From the NCBI RefSeq assembly GCF_009914755.1, contig NC_060928.1: a stretch of 64,000 bases of DNA. One strand, written 5' to 3'. The DNA is from the human T2T-CHM13v2.0 reference genome, Homo sapiens. Both the position numbers and the translations under genes were made by a program. A model generated the notes under the pieces. The model saw only the letters and a program-made list of their open reading frames with translations. It did not search any database and was not told where the DNA came from. Of this stretch, positions 37,551 to 51,106 are shown piece by piece; position 1 is the first letter of the stretch; each line of letters begins with the position of its first letter.

Positions 37551-40280
37551 AAAAATACTCTACCAGTGAACAATGAGAAGCCTGAAAGCACAAAAATCTA
37601 TACATCATATGTATATTATTTAAAGTATATCCCCAAAAATGTGCAATATGTTTCACCAACATTTCGGGAACTGTTCAAGTTAATAATTGTTATTTAATGG
37701 TGTAATTTTAAATGCAAATGTTTCAAGCAAATTATTGGAAAGGAGGTTCCAGACTTTACCCCTTTTTTACAGGTTTCTAAACACTCAAAAATCTTCAGTA
37801 CAGCATCCTCGCATAGAGAGTTGAAAATAAATGATTTTCTTGTAAATAATCTCTGTGCTAAAAATGCATTTTAAAATGTCTTGATGTACTAATAATAATA
37901 TTGATGTTAGATCACCAAATATTTACAATTTAAAAATCTTTTGAGTGTTACTTTTCCCCCCATTCAGAACAAACCACTTTTTTTCAAAGTGAATTATTTA
38001 ATGAGAGGGTGGTGCATGACTATAGACAAATTTTACCTAATAATTTTTATTTCAGATATTTATTTTTACTTGGATTTATTTAGAACAGAATTAGGATAAT
38101 GGCATTTAAAAATTTTACCACTTATATGATGCTACACTAAGCAAATTTTTTAAGAAAACATTTATGATCAGTTTCTCTCCTAAGATTTTTTTTACCTGAA
38201 TTGAATGTCTGAATTTTGAATGCCACACCAGTCAATAAAATGCAAGAGTGACTTCCTTAATTATGTAGCCACAAGTCCAGGTAGAAAAGGAGAAAATAGA
38301 GTTGTACTGTTTTACTCAGTGAAGGATGAGAAAAGGGAGTTGACTGATACGCAAAAAATAATAAGCAGCCAATTTTGATACTTCTTTATGTAACCGCTTT
38401 TTTAAAAAAGGAAACAAACTTATACCATATTTTGCATAATTACAGGGGTATTCTTATGTGTTTTTGCAGGGTCTAAGAAAATGAAGTAGCCCAGAAAGTT
38501 ATAAAACTACAGAAATCTCTAATGTTGATACATATGCATGAAATGCATGATTCACCTAAGCCGCCTCAATTTGTAAAGTGATAAACACTTTAAGAACTTG
38601 CTAAATATCTGTTTCCCAGCTTTTGAAAGTTAATTGATCAAATGAGATAGTGGACTTAGTAAGAAATTTAATAAGTCCCCTTTCCTCCCCTTCCCTCTAG
38701 CAGAATCTCAGCATTTTTCTGAAAGGAGGTGCTCCTACTTTCTCAGGTTAGTAATCCTAAAAAGAAATAGAAATTAGAGAGAAATCTGGCTGGCTACCTG
38801 ACATCTTATTGATTGCTCTGGTTGATTCCCCTGCTCTGTTGAATAAGTGGGCTTCCTTCTTTTTTGAAATGCATCCCTTCTACAGTGTGGGTTCCACATG
38901 TCAATGTGGATAAACTTTTGAGATGGAAGAAAAAGGAAGATGCTGAATATTGGCATACATAAATGATGAAGAAGATTAGAATGGTAAAAAAGTGATCTTG
39001 TGGAAAAGGATTTTGCTGGAACATATTTTATGAACATAATTATTCATATATCCATTCTTATTTATCAGGTTAGAATTAATGAATAACTGAACAAATCACT
39101 ACAGTACATTCAAAATAGCTACTATTTTTTTTTATTTTGCCATTTGATTCCATACACATCGAAAGGGCTTGATGTGGGCCTCAATTTTTCCAACTATGAA
39201 GTAGATAAATACAAACCACAGATCTATAGGTAAAGGCTAGAATAAATTTGTGATATATTTTATCATGTTTGTCCTTTTCTGATCTTAGTATTTATCAACA
39301 CTTATTTAGCTACTACACATTTTCTGCTGTTCTACATGGAGACAAAAAGAGACAAAGGTCATGGCTTCACAAAGCATTTCCTCTGATAATTGCTCAATTT
39401 TCACAGCTCTCAAGCTGTTACTAGTAAATACATAGGCTACTTCCCCTTAGGCTGTCTAGTATGGATGTTTCCTAATTCATCCATTTCTAAATGACCTTAG
39501 AGAAGCTTTAGAAAATTAGAAGCTATGGAAACTTCTGTGGTTTCTATGGTTCATAGGTAAGTGAAATGAAACAGGGGAATTTCTTTAGCATAATATTCAT
39601 ATGGAAATAAAATAATGATCTTAATGATAACTACTGTTTGCTATTTATTTGAGTAAACAATCCCCTGCACAACCCAACGGTATTCTCCTAGCCCAGAGTA
39701 ATGTGTTTATACACAGGGATTTATTTAATTAAGAATTGTGTCAAAAAATAAAGTTTAGCAAACAAATGATGATAGGAAGTTCCAAAAAAATTCTTTTTTT
39801 TCATCTCTGCAAGTGATTATTTTGATACATTCACATGGTTCCTTTAACTTTTCTACACCAACTTACTAGCCATAATTCCTGATACATCTTCATAAATGTA
39901 AAATGTCATAGACTTTAAATGTGACATTTGTTTATGGAAAACAAATTATAAAAGCTTCTTTCTGTGCACTCTAGTATATCTGTGGACTTTCTTTTTACCC
40001 TTATATGTAACTAAAATGAGAGATATTCACTGGTCACTTCTCAAGGTCAGGCAGGTCTTTCATTGATAAGTAAATTATTTACTTAGTAATGACTCCTAAT
40101 TTTAAAATGACATAAGAAAGCTAATAGAAAAAGGCCAATTTTTGTTTGAAAATAAATTTGTGTTTGAAAAAAAATATGAGAGCAGTGGAACATTTTCTTC
40201 ACACCTTAATACTCATTGCAAAATATTAATAACTAGGCCCTGGCTATGAGCTCAAGGTAATAGTTTTGGGTGTATGTTCT

Positions 40281-40609
40281 TAATTAATATCCCTTATCTG
40301 AAATGCTTGTGACAAGAAATGTGTTAGATTTCAGATTGTTCCAGGTTTTATAATATTTGCATATACATAATCAGATATCTTGGGGATGGGGACAAAGTCT
40401 AAATGCAAAAATTTATTTATGTTTCATACACACCTTATATACATAGGCTGAAGTTACTTTTATACAATATTTTTAATAATTTTGTACATGAAACAAAGTT
40501 TGATTTCAGTACTTAAGTGTGGAATTTTCTACTTGTGGCATCGTGTTGGTGTTCAAGAAGTTTTAAATTTGGGAACATTTTATATTTCAGATTAGGGGTG
40601 TTTCACTTG
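40281..40609. mobile_element. Tigger4b/MER46-like TcMar DNA transposon
   Basis: tatcccttatctgaaatgcttg...gatatcttggggatgggg...ttcagattaggggtgtttcacttgta. Confidence 0.8.
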
Positions 40610-43600
40610 TACCATTGTTTTACTTAAAAATAAATTACCCACAGTAAGGGAACAGTCATTTTTAATTGAGAAAGGTGAAGGCATATAATTTTTAATGTTA
40701 CATACATTAAATTATTAATATCTGAAAAATCTAACTATGTTGACTATTCTCTATTCAATTTATATTAATATGATAAGATATGTTGTAAGTGAGTGTTATA
40801 ATACTTGTAGGAACAACATGCATTTTTAACATTTATATCAAATGCTTTTCACTAAGCGATTTTGGTGTACCTTCATACAATCAGTGTTACTAGTTAATTG
40901 GACCACTACATCAGAAATTGTTACAGACCTATTCATTTGAATTATTTTTCTTTCAAGTAATTCTTTTATATAAAGGTTTGTTTTTACAACTTTATGGCAT
41001 TTTTCTTTGACTCTAGCAATGTAATACATTTATCTTTAAATAAACCTGGTGAAATAAAACAAGAAAATTATATAAAATTTCTTTCAGTGAATATTAGAAT
41101 TGCATTTATTTCAGAAAGGAAAATCTTTTTCATTTCTATTACATTTGTTCTTAAAATTTTAATCAAAAGTTTTAAGATATATGCACTTTTATCATGCTTT
41201 TCTTTTTTTATGTGCCAAGTTAAATAAGCCATTTTAAATTTATTTTAATTTTTGTCTTTCAATTTAAATTTAACACAAAAGACATCATCAGGATGGCTTA
41301 CTTGAGGCACTCAGCACTTGACTTCTGCACAGATGAGAATCAAAACAGCAAATAGATAACCACACACCAAATAGAGTGTCTATGAGAAAACACGAGAATT
41401 AAGCATGGAAGTGACAGAGGCCCTCCGAGGCACTAAAGGAGGTGGATGCAAAGCAGCTGGCCTGAGCAGGATCAGCTCAGATCCAGAAGGGACTCTCCAT
41501 TAAGGGGAAAGGTAAGAGAGAAATCTATAGTGATCCACATTCTCACCATGGATGTCTGCAATTATAGCCATAAGAAAGCCCCTTGCTCCTCACAGGCCCT
41601 GGGCCTAGTATTGGAAGCTTCCAGGAATCAGTGTGACTGCATTGTTTCAAAGAAAGAATTCATGCTGATTCCCACACAATCCTGAGAGCTAAGGTGCTGA
41701 ATCATTTGGGTCCATTTTGGCGCTGTTTTGAGAGCCCAACACACATTACACTACATCCTGCCCTGGGGCTCAACAGCCCTTGCCTCTCTACATGCCTGGA
41801 ACCTAGCTGACATCCCACCATGTACACTCACAACACTTTAGCATTGTGATGCCAGCTGGACCCAGCAGTACAGTCAGTTCTCCAGAATTCTAACCCACAC
41901 AGCTTCCTAAGCCCCAGGAAGTAAGCAGTCCAATGCCCCAGAAAGGGTACATGTAGGACAAAGGGAGTCTGAGGACTGACCCAGCCTGTGGGCTACTGAA
42001 AGTGCCCACATGCATCATACAGGGATATAAGGAGAGGCCTGCCACACCTACCACCACTGGTATATATGTGCACTACCTGGGGGCCTAAGAACAGGCCTGC
42101 TGTTACTGCCTCAATTGCCAGCACCTACCCAAGCACACCAACTGAGGGCACGAGGACCAGCCTGCCAAGCCTACCACTGTCATCATGGCACACACGTGTG
42201 TTACTTAGGGGCCCAAAGGCCAGCCTATTACCACTACTGTCACATTAAATGCCATGAGCTCAACACAGAGTCTCAAGAACTGGACTGCTGATGTCACTGC
42301 CTCACCCACACATGCCACCTGGGGGCCCAAGAACAAGTCCAACTCGGCCCCCATCTATACTGCCAGTACTGATGCACACATACACTGCCTGTAGGCCTAA
42401 GGACTGGCATGCCTAGCCCGCTGTCACCATTGACATTGATTACAGCAGACAATATCACACAGAGACTACCCTATTGAGCCCCGCCAGAATCAAAACCGAA
42501 GCACTTTACACAACCAACACTATAGATATATCTACAGGAAAGTATTTTCCTATGAAAGCCAATCCATAAAATTGAAAGAAGCAACTGTTACACCAAATGC
42601 ATAGATATTATTAAAAGGACATGAGAAATATGAAAAAGCAAGGAAACACGACATCTCCAAAGCTACCTCCAAAGGCACAATAATTCTATAGTACAGATCC
42701 TAAAGAAAAGAAAATCTATGAAATAACTGAGAAGAAATGAAAAATAATGATTTAAAAAACAGTGAGATACAAGAAAAGACACATACACAGTACAATAAAA
42801 TCAGAAAAAATCATTTATGATTTCAATAATAAATTCAACAAAAATGAAGATATTATAAAGAAAGAATCAAACATATATCCTGAAGCTGAAGAATTCAGTG
42901 AATTAAATGTTTAAAATGCAATCAAGAGCTTTACCAATAAGTTATGTACAGCAGAAAAAGGGATTTCACAATTTGAAATCTTTTGAAATAACTTAGTCAG
43001 AAAAAAAGAAAGAAAGAGAAAAGACCCAAAACGAATGATGAAAGCCTATGTGACATGTAGGACAATATAAAGCAACCAAATATTCAAATGTTGGGAGTTC
43101 CAGAAAAATAAGAGATACGAAAAGGTATAGAAAACCTATTATTTAATAATAGCCCTAAATTTCCAAGTCTTGAAAGAGATATAGATATCTACACACAGGG
43201 CACCCAAAGATTCCCAAAGAGATAAAATTCAGAGTTCTTCTCTGCAGCACATAATAGTCAACCAAAGACAAAGACAAAGAGAAAATTCTAAAAACAGCAA
43301 GAAAAAAGAATCAAGTCACATAAAAGGAAACCCCCATTGTATTAACATCAGACTTCTCAGCAGAAACCTTACAGGCCAGGAGAGAATGGGGTGATATATT
43401 CAAAGTACTGGGAAAAAACCCTGCTAGCCAATAATGCTATACCAGGAAGACCTACTCTCCAGAAATTAAGGAGAAATAAAATCCTTCCTAAAGAAACAAA
43501 AACTGAAGAAATTAATTATCCCTAGACGAGACCTACAAACTATACTTAACAGAGTCCTACATCTGTAAGTGAAAGGACAGTATCTACCATCATGAAACAG

Positions 43601-45724
43601 AGAAAGCCACCAAACTAATGCATCCCAAGGAACTACAAAAGCAAGAATAAACCAAACCAAAAATTAGTAGAAGGAAAGAAATAATAAAGACCAGAGCAGA
43701 ATGAAATGGAATAGAGCACAAAAAATATAAAGAATCAATGAAACAATAAGATGTTTATTTGAAAAGATAAAATTGATAAACTGCTAGACTAACCAAGAAA
43801 AAAAGAGAGACTTAAATAAATAAAATCAGAAATAAAAAAGGAGACATTACAAGTGATAACTCAGAAATATAAATAATTATTTGAGACTTCTATGAACAAC
43901 TATACACCAACAAATTTAAAAACCTAGAGGAAATGGATAAATTCAGGACATATAAAGATTAAAACAAAGTAAATTTTTTAAAAATTGTTTAAACATTTAA
44001 AAAATTTTAATATAATTAAAATTTTTTTAAATGATAAAGATTAAAACAAACTAATTTTAAAAAATAACAGAACAGACCAATGAGTAACAAGATCAAATCA
44101 GTAATAAAAAGTATTTCAATAAAGAAAAGCCCAGGAATAGATGGCTATACTGAAACATTTTACCAAACTTTTAAAAAGAATGATACCAATTCTTTTGAGC
44201 TATCCCAAAAAATTGAAGACGAGGGAGTTCTTTTTATTATAATTCATTTTATGAGGTCACCATTATCTTCCTCTCAAAACTAGACAAAAACACAACCACA
44301 AAAAGAAAACTACAAGACAGTATCCCTTAAAAACACAGTTACAAAAGTCCTCAACAGAATACTAACACAACAGTTCCAACAACATACCAAAAAAAAAAAA
44401 AAAATACATCATCATTGAATGCAATTTATCCAAGGGATTCAAGGATGTTTCAACATACATAAATCAATACATGTGCTACATTACAATAACAAAATGAAGG
44501 ACAAAAAACATATGATCATTTCAATAGATGCAAAAAAGCATTTGATAAAATTAAGTATCACTTCCTGATAAAAACTCTCAACAAATTAGGAATAAAAGAA
44601 ACATAACTCAACATAATAAAGGCCATTTATGCCAAAACCCACACCCCCCAACATACTGAATGGGGAAAACCTTAAAGACTTTCTTTAAAAACTAGACAAG
44701 GATGTACACTTTTACCACTATTACTTAACATAGTATTGGAAGTCCTAGCCAGAACAATTAGGCAAGAAAAATAAATAAAAGACATCTAAATCAGAGAAGA
44801 GAAGGCCAAAGTGTCCCTCTTTGCTGATGACATAATCTTATATATATATAAAAAAAAAAACTCAAGACTTTACCAAAAAATCTTTTAGAACTGATAAACT
44901 AATTCAATAAAGTTGCAGGATACAAAATCAACATAAAAATAATTATCATATGTATACATCAATACTGAACTAGCTGAAAAAGAAATAAAAAAGTAATCCC
45001 ACTTACTATGTCTATAAAACAAAACAAACAAAAAAAAGAATAAATTTAATCAAGGAGTTGCAAGACTTCTATAAGGAAAACTGCAAAACACTGATGAAAG
45101 AAATTAAAAAGGACAAAAACAAAGAGAATGACATTTCATGCTCATGGATTAGAAAAATTAATATTGTAAAAATGACCATAGTACCCAAAACAATTTATAG
45201 ATTCAATGCAATCCCTATCAAAATACCAGTGACATTCATCACAGAAATAGAAAATAATTCTAAAATTTGTATGGAAGCAAAAAGTCCCCAAATGGCCAAA
45301 GCAATACAGAGCAAAAGGCACAAAGCTGGAGGCATTATACCATTTGACTTTGAAATACACTATGAAGTTATAGTAACTAAAATAGCATGGTACTGGTTTC
45401 AAAACAGACACACTGGTATAAAACTGGTATAAAAAACAATGAAATATAATAGAGAATCCAGAAATAAATCTAGATATTTATAATCAACTGATTTTCAACA
45501 AAAAGACACCAAGAAAATACATTGGGGAAATGATACCGTCTTCAATAAATGGTGCTGGGAAAGCAGGATATCCATATGCAGAAAAATGAAACTGGACCCC
45601 TATTACCACATACAAAAATCAACTCAAAGTGGAGTGAAGACTTAAATGTAAGAACCTAAACTACAACACTATTATATGAAAACATAGGGGAAACACTTCA
45701 GAATATTGGTCAAGGCAAAGTGGT

Positions 45725-45908
45725 TTTTTTTTTTTTTTTTTTTAAGCTGGAGTCTCGCTTTGTCTCCCCCAGCTAATTTTTTTGTATTTTTAGTAGAGAC
45801 GGGGTTTCACCATGATGGCAAGGATGGTCTCGATCTCTGACCTCGTGATCTGCCAGCTTTGGCCTCCCAAAGTGCTGGGATTACAGGCGTGAGCCACCAC
45901 GCCCAGCC
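45725..45908 (-). mobile_element. AluY/Sc-like with internal deletion, inserted in L1
   Basis: aggatggtctcgatctc diagnostic; most of the right arm is missing; imperfect TSD aaggcaaag/aagacaaag. Confidence 0.85.
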
Positions 45909-46686
45909 AAGACAAAGATTTTATGGTTAAAACTTCAAAAGCACAGTCAACAAAAACAGACAAATGGAATTGGAATAGAAAAATGCTAAGCTTCTGCATA
46001 GCAAAGAAAACAATTAAGAGAGTGAAGAGGCCACCTGCAAACTAGGAAAAAATATTTGGAAACTATTTATCAACAAAAGACTAATACCCAGAATATACAA
46101 GGAACTCAAACAACTCAACAGCAAAATCACAAATAATCCAGTTTAAAAATAGGCAAATAATTTGAATAGACATTTTTCAGAAGAAGACATACAAATTGTC
46201 AACAAATATATGAAAAAGGCTCCACATCACTAATAGTCAGGGAAATGCAAATTAAAACCGCAATGATATATTATCTCACCTCAGAATGACTATTATCAAA
46301 AGACAAAAATAAGAAATGCTGGTGAGGATTTGGAGAAATATGAACTCTTACGCTGTTGGTGAGAATGTAAGTTAGTACAGGTATTGTGGAAAACTATGTG
46401 GAGATAGCTATAAAAACTAAAAATAGAACTATCATAAGATTCATAATCCCACTACTTGTATTTATCCAAAGGAAAGAAAATCACTATATCAAAGAGATAC
46501 CCTCAATCCAGTTTATGACAGCATTACTCACAATAGATATGATGTGGAACCAACCTAAACGTCTATCAATAGAAAAATGGATACAGAAAATGTAGTATAT
46601 ATGCACAAAAGAATACTATTCAGTCATAAAAAAAATCCTATCATTCATGGCACTATGAATAAGCCTGGAGGACATTTTGTTAAGTA

Positions 46687-46770
46687 TTAGGTTTTTTTTT
46701 GCAAAAGTAATTGTGTGTTTTGCAATTGTTTTTAATGACAAAAACTGCAATTACTTTTGCACCAACCTAA
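46687..46770. mobile_element. MADE1 (Hsmar1-derived MITE)
   Basis: ttagg...gcaaaagtaattg...caattacttttgcaccaacctaa palindrome flanked by TA at 46685-46686 and 46771-46772. Confidence 0.9.
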
Positions 46771-47939
46771 TAAAATAATCCAGGCACAGAAAGATAAATA
46801 CCCTGGGTTCTCACTCATATGTAGAAGCAAAAAAACAAATAAACAAAACAAAACAAACAAACAAAAAAGAAAAACAAAATTAAAGTCATAAAAGTAGAGA
46901 GTAGAATTGTGGATAATAAAGGCTGGAAAGTTTAGGGGAAAGGGAGGATGAGGAGAGATTGACTAACTTATATAAAATTATAACTGATAGGAGAAATAAG
47001 TTCTGGTGTTCTGTAGCATTGTGGGGTGAACATGATTAAGTCTAATTTATTGTATATTTTCACAAAGCTAGAAAAGAGGGTTCAAATGTTCACCACACAA
47101 AGAAATGATAAATGCTCACGGTGATGGATATGCTAATTATGTTGATTTGGTCATTACTTATTGTATACATGTATCAAAATATCACTCTGTATCCCATAAA
47201 TATGTACAATACAAAAATTTTAACCACAGCATTCTATTTTTCTCTTCACAGCTGATTAATTATTAGTGAGAAATTATATTGGTGAATCTGCATAACACAA
47301 AAAGCTACCCATTAGCATTCATTTTCCCCTCAGTAAATAAGTCTATCAGACTATTCACCTTCAATGTCTGTAACCCTGGCAAGAGAAACATCACCTACTT
47401 TCAAATTAAGTTTAACCTTTCACAGCATTAATTATTTATGCAACAATTTCCTTTCTGAGTATTCAAGTACAATATTACTCACATGCTTTGACTTTTGTGA
47501 CAATGAATAATTACAAAACAGGGACTGAAGGAATGGAACCTTGGTGGTTGAATTGGTTTTAGGGAGTTTCTATTTTAGTTCCTTTAACTAGATGACACTG
47601 AAAAAAGTTATATGTTTTCAGCATTAGAAATTTCTAATCAAATGAAGGTTTTGTATAAAAAAATGATAATATAAAATAACAATATATAAAATGTTAATTT
47701 GTATTTAATAGATATTTACACGCAGAGTAATCAAATTGAAACAGTAAGTCAAGTGCAAAGTTTATATGTGAAGAAAAACTTGATAGCTTTTAAGATGTAA
47801 ATTATTACTCTCATTTTTCTCAGAAAAGGAGTAGTTCTGAATTTACTGAAGCTAATTTTCTTATTGTCTCAGAACCACTTCAGTGAAAAGATAGAGGCGT
47901 GGTAAAAAAGATAGTGGCATTACAAAATTCTGTATTTCA

Positions 47940-48250
47940 ACTAATTCCCATCCCAAGGGCTCATCCCCAGAGATTCTGAGTAGATTCGTTTGGGGACACA
48001 ATCAGGCATTGTTACATCATCAACACTCCCAGATGACTATAATGTGCAATCAGGAGAGAAGAAAAAAAAACTTTAATTATCTTTAAGACAGACTTCTAAA
48101 TCTTATTGAACTTTGGATTTATCTGGGAAGCTTTGAAAAATATAGTTGGCTGGGTCCCACCTTCAGATAGTCCAATTTCATTGTTCTGGGCTGTGGCCTG
48201 AGCATCAGGGTTTTTATAGCTCCCACAGATAACTCCATGGGCTGAAATGG
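47940..48250. mobile_element. Two adjacent MER5-type hAT fragments
   Basis: gggctcatccccagagattctga...ctcccagatgactataatgtgca, then gctgggtcccaccttcag...ctgggctgtggcctgagcatcagggttttt. Confidence 0.7.
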
Positions 48251-48737
48251 TCGCCTGCATCAGTCAACAGCAAATTCTAGCATGATCTTGATGTTCATGG
48301 TCAAGATATGTGCCAATTGTTATAATATGCTGTTGCTACTACCTACAGACATTGCTGTCAATCTCTTTTTGGCATCACTTTGTACTCTCTGTCTTATCTT
48401 CACAACTTTATTTTATCACTTCTCAGGTGTGATTCACATTCTCCCTTTGAAATCTTTGAGAAATACTCTGTTCTTTTGACCTAGCCTGGGTCCCCCTTTC
48501 ACGTGACACTTGCCTCCCATATGGCTGCATGGGTAGTAAGCACTACAATCAGATTCTTAAGTTCCCTCTAAATGTAAGAGGAAAAAATTGACTGAGATTG
48601 GTCCTAAATTATGACAAGAAAGAAAACCTCAATATGGCAGGCTTAGGACAAAGACATAATTTAGGCTTGATAACACTATATATATATAAAGAGAGAGAGA
48701 CACACACACACATGTTATCATGTTATCAATATATATG

Positions 48738-48740
<3 letters not shown>

Positions 48741-48784
<44 letters not shown>
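48741..48784. repeat. (TCTA)11 tetranucleotide STR
   Basis: Eleven perfect TCTA units. Confidence 0.95.
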
Positions 48785-50530
48785 GAAAACAGCCTTATGT
48801 AACTTGGCTCCCTAAGATTCCCTGAGTTGACATAAACTCCTAAAAGAAAAGTCTTTCCTTAATTGTTAGTCAAAACTAGATAAACATATGCATGCATTCC
48901 ATAGACAAAATTCTTCATCTCTCAGTTCTGTAGCTTCCTCTGTCCTGTAGAGAAAAATTACTGTTTAATCTTTCTATTAACCCTGGTATCCACACATGAC
49001 ATTCTGTTTCCTTTATGCAGATATAGATTACAGATTTAACCAACTAGCTGAAACAACTTGGTTTTGTTTCAGTTTTAGTTTATTTAAGCAATACATTACT
49101 AGGTTCTTCTTAGTTTCTATTGTTTTCAACTTTTTGTCTGGTTACATTGTGTATAGTTACAGTTGAGAGTACTGAAATTTACTTTCATTAAAGCTTCAAA
49201 ATCTAATTTCTGAAATGCACTATAGAATAGCACACTCACAATCAAACTGCAAGGGGGTCATTCAACAATGAAATACTCATTAAGTAAGCTTGGTAGGTTC
49301 ACGCTGAATATGAAATTCTTTGAGATACTGAATTACGCAGCTCTGGATTATAGTCTCTTTTCATTTCTCTCAATGAATGTGAAATTATTGACTCCACCTG
49401 GAGTCCTAACTAGATGAGAAAGTAATTCAGTCTTTACAGTGGCAATCTATTAATAAGGTGATTTTTGCTATTTTGTGAAAAATGAAAGTAATAAATCTTG
49501 GCTTCTTGATTGTACAGAAAGATAGAGTATATATATTTTTATCCATAAGACTATACACTAAAGAGTGACTTTCAGGCTATTTATATGTTTGATGTTACTC
49601 ATTAATGATCAAATAAAAAATGTAACAGGCATTTGATAGTTATTTTTTAAAAATCCATTGTAACTAAAATGGCAGCCTTTCAATACACAACTAAACCAAT
49701 GTATTAAGCTGTATTCAAATTAGTATTACAATTTTTCTAGAAAATTGCAATGGTGTAATATCTTCTTAGCATAACAATCAAGCTTTTTCTTTGCATAAAT
49801 TTTTCCAATATTTTAATTCCAGATTTCAATAATTTTAATTTGAAATAGAGAATAAACTCATGTAGCCAATTTTGTAAATCATTTGGTAACTAACATAAAA
49901 AATGCATGATAAAACTGCACATTGTGTTAGGTATTCATATAGTATGTATTATAGTACAGTTGTATAATATGTAATGCAGCTAGATACCTTTGAAGTACTT
50001 TTAAGGGAAGTAAGGAGCATAGCTTTAGAAAGTGGAGTGCTGGTAAATGGATAACAATGGCTCTCAAAACAACTACCTATATATGCACATACATATATCT
50101 TTACTAAAATTTTACAGATAAAAATGTTGTGTGACACACTGTACAAATATTAAAATATCCACTATAATTTATTATTAATTTCATATAGACAACTGATTCC
50201 AACAATATGCTTTTGTTGATTTTTGCTGAACTCTTATATCCATTAACAACTCTAGTTGTAGTTGATAAATAAATGTAGATCTGACATAAATGTTGGTGGA
50301 TATTTTTGTTTACCTTCATGAGCAAGGTGCAAGTAAAACAAAGAAGACATATATTGGGACTTCACTCTTTCATCAATGATGTTAGAGATTTCTTTGCTGA
50401 ATTATCAAAATAATGAAAGAATAGTTTCTAATTCCTTCATGTTATTCATAAAGTAATGGCTAATGATGCCACATACTTTTAAATTTCAGCTGCATTACCA
50501 ACATGTATCTATTGTTTTCTTCAGCCCAGA

Positions 50531-50696
50531 CAAGGATTTTGCAAAATTCTTAAAGGACCGTACGGTATATACTTTAGGCTTGTCAGCCATATGGTCTTTA
50601 TTGCGAGTATTCAACTCTGCCGTTAGAGTGAAAAGTTCCAATAACACTTTATTAAAACTGGCAGTTGACCCACAGGTGGTAGTTTACTGACTCCTG
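50531..50696. mobile_element. MER58A-like hAT element
   Basis: aaaggaccgtacggtatatactttaggcttgtcagccatatggtc...tagtttactgactcctg. Confidence 0.75.
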
Positions 50697-50719
50697 ATTT
50701 AGACAACGAATAAAAAAAA

Positions 50720-51106
50720 TATATAAATCAAGTTCCGATGTGTAGAATTTGCTGATTGTAGTGGCGTAAATACTTCTACCATGGTCGACTTCAAGCTACC
50801 AAGGTGATTTCACTGAAAGTGATGGTGGGAAGAGATGCTCAATAGCAGAATGTCATATAGTATTTTAAACATACAGATATGATAGCTATTATTATCTTCA
50901 AGAACATAGAGAATAGCAACATGCAATGACATAATTAGAAAATAAGATTTAGTATTTATTACTTGTATCTTTAATATGATTGTATATTATGTATATGCAT
51001 ATGAGTGTGTGTATGTTATAATGGCTGTATTGACAACCAGCTTGCATAACTCAAATTTAACAATCTGCTCTCAGAGTTGACACAAGCCAGCTCCAGCAAA
51101 CCAGTG
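50720..51106. mobile_element. MER63-like hAT-Blackjack element
   Basis: gtaaatacttctaccatggtcgacttcaagctacc...aagccagctccagcaaaccagtg. Confidence 0.7.

Larger units (their letters stand above)
41281..47215 (+). mobile_element. Long L1MA (L1MA3-like) with 5'UTR, ORF1 and ORF2 remnants, internally deleted
   Basis: 5'UTR; ORF1 remnant from about 42630; ORF2 remnants (e.g. 45058-45432 SWIRKINIVKM...YRFNAIPIK); L1MA-type 3'UTR; degenerate TSD aaatttaacaca/aaattttaaccaca. Confidence 0.85.

Noticed and set aside
44080-46595. ORF2-like peptides as a functional reverse transcriptase
   Set aside because: Fragmented by stops and frameshifts, EN domain deleted, interrupted by an Alu
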